DNA of 6,925 nucleotides, from IMG/VR virus record IMGVR_UViG_3300005861_000247, positions 1 through 6,925 of that record. The stretch is one strand, 5' to 3'. The notes under the pieces are model-generated. The model did not search any database. It saw only the letters and a program-made list of their open reading frames with translations, and was not told the DNA's origin. Both the position numbers and the translations under genes were made by a program. Positions 5,768-6,925 of the stretch are shown piece after piece (the stretch's first letter is position 1; each line of letters opens with the position of its first letter).

Positions 5768-6799
5768 TTATTCAATAATCTTTTTCTTCTTAAGCCATGT
5801 TGTCACCTCATCCCTATTTATCCCTAACTCTTCTATAGTTTTCTCAAACATCGCCTTGTATTTAGTAGTCTTCCTGTCAACATAATAGTCTGTAATTGGT
5901 GACTCTATGAAGTCCTCATGCTTCTTGAGGACTTCGTATTCCTTCCCCAGAACTACCTTATAGGCTTCAGTTAGTGGCACACCTTCGCGATAATGCAGGG
6001 AGATGGCAAAGTATTGTGATAATAGTAAGGATATTGCTTTCCTAACTGCTGTCCTCTGTACTCTTAGCTTAGACCAGTCTGGATGCTTGACCGTGATTTC
6101 TTCCTTAAATGATTTTATTATCTTAGCGTAAACGCCTCCAGCTAATATAAGATTGTTAGCTAGGATCCCAAGCAAAAACGTCTTAACAGTTCTGTTGTAC
6201 TTAACGTTTCTCGCTGAAGTACCAAAAAGTTTCATCCCGTCGTTAGGGCATAACCAGCCATCTTTCGAGGGAACGGCTGGTTTCCCATTCGAGGACTCAC
6301 CGGCGTAATAATAATATCCGCACTTCGGACACTGGAACATTACAGCTAAACCAGCGTACTTCCTGAATTTATTGATGTTATAATCAAACCATGGTGGATA
6401 CGCATAAACGATGAGTCTAGAAGCGTTAGCGGATCCTATCCCGCTAATAAACGTCAGGAATTTAGTAAATTCAGGGAATTTGGTAACAGTGTCAGCGATA
6501 AGTCCTTCAACTGTCTCTTGTTGTCTGAGCAGTTCCATGAACCTCTCTATGAGGTCATTAGATGGTGTTTCTTCAACAATTTTCACTGGCTCACCGCATA
6601 TAGGGCAGTTATCGCGTTTTTCGTCTTCCTTAAGTAATATCATATGGTCGTTCTTACATACAGAATATCTCCTGAGGAAGACCCAATCATTTTTCTCTTT
6701 TTTTGCCCCCATCCTGTTTCCAAATGCAATACGTACTTTTATCAAATCGTCCCTGAACGCTACCAAATCTTTTAAATACATTAGATCTGCCTCACCCAT
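5768..6799 (-). CDS. Tas-like (TasA-type) protein: IS110/Nop-related RNA-binding core without a DEDD/RuvC domain, with two Zn-binding insertions, 343 aa
   Basis: Coiled-coil helix LKDLVAFRDDLIKVRIAFGNRM, then FLTFISGIGSANASRLI, KFRKYAGL, YNRTVKTFL and RTAVRKAISLLL, all IS110/Transposase_20-like motifs. Zn ligands CKNDH/CPIC and CPKC/CPND. Directly adjacent to the array. Confidence 0.8.
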   Translation of the reverse strand: MGEADLMYLKDLVAFRDDLIKVRIAFGNRMGAKKEKNDWVFLRRYSVCKNDHMILLKEDEKRDNCPICGEPVKIVEETPSNDLIERFMELLRQQETVEGLIADTVTKFPEFTKFLTFISGIGSANASRLIVYAYPPWFDYNINKFRKYAGLAVMFQCPKCGYYYYAGESSNGKPAVPSKDGWLCPNDGMKLFGTSARNVKYNRTVKTFLLGILANNLILAGGVYAKIIKSFKEEITVKHPDWSKLRVQRTAVRKAISLLLSQYFAISLHYREGVPLTEAYKVVLGKEYEVLKKHEDFIESPITDYYVDRKTTKYKAMFEKTIEELGINRDEVTTWLKKKKIIE

Positions 6800-6805
6800 T
6801 CCTGA

Positions 6806-6925
6806 TCACATCTTCGCGATGATGTATAGATAGTCTTCCCTGAGTTGCTTATATTTCACGTAAGCTTCGTCTGGCATTAGCCTTGGTGTATACACTATAT
6901 GCGAATACTTCTTTTTTAGCTCGTT
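6806..6925 (-). CDS. C-terminal end of an upstream hypothetical protein (...NELKKKYSHIVYTPRLMPDEAYVKYKQLREDYLYIIAKM*), probably co-transcribed with the Tas-like gene
   Basis: Manual translation gives a frame open from the right edge to TGA at 6806, 6 nt before ATG 6799. Confidence 0.65.
   Translation of the reverse strand, partial: NELKKKYSHIVYTPRLMPDEAYVKYKQLREDYLYIIAKM

Noticed and set aside
5768-6799. Functional IS110 transposase
   Set aside because: No N-terminal DEDD domain, the catalytic Ser region is replaced by a Zn ribbon, and the gene is followed by a multi-guide array.
6411-6833. 140-aa plus-strand ORF
   Set aside because: Antisense to the Tas-like gene, with no recognisable features.

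Overview
AT-rich segment that looks like a Sulfolobales (crenarchaeal) virus or provirus. This assignment is inferred from archaeal BRE/TATA promoters, spindle/ellipsoid-virus-like capsid proteins and Sulfolobus-type IS200/IS605 ends. The left part is a minus-strand module: a membrane protein, a putative major capsid protein, a small paralog-like hairpin protein and a double ribbon-helix-helix regulator. The middle holds a TnpB-only IS200/IS605 element, several solo IS-end remnants and an acyltransferase-3 gene. The main result is at the right. A 343-aa protein with the IS110/Nop-type RNA-binding core, no DEDD/RuvC domain and two inserted Zn-binding modules is followed, 1 nt after its stop codon, by a non-coding array of 12 units with a 38-nt period. 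Each unit is a 13-nt repeat, a 9-nt spacer, a 7-nt repeat and a second 9-nt spacer. This is the architecture of a TIGR-Tas-like (TasA-type) dual-spacer RNA-guided system, here with its own repeat consensus and period.
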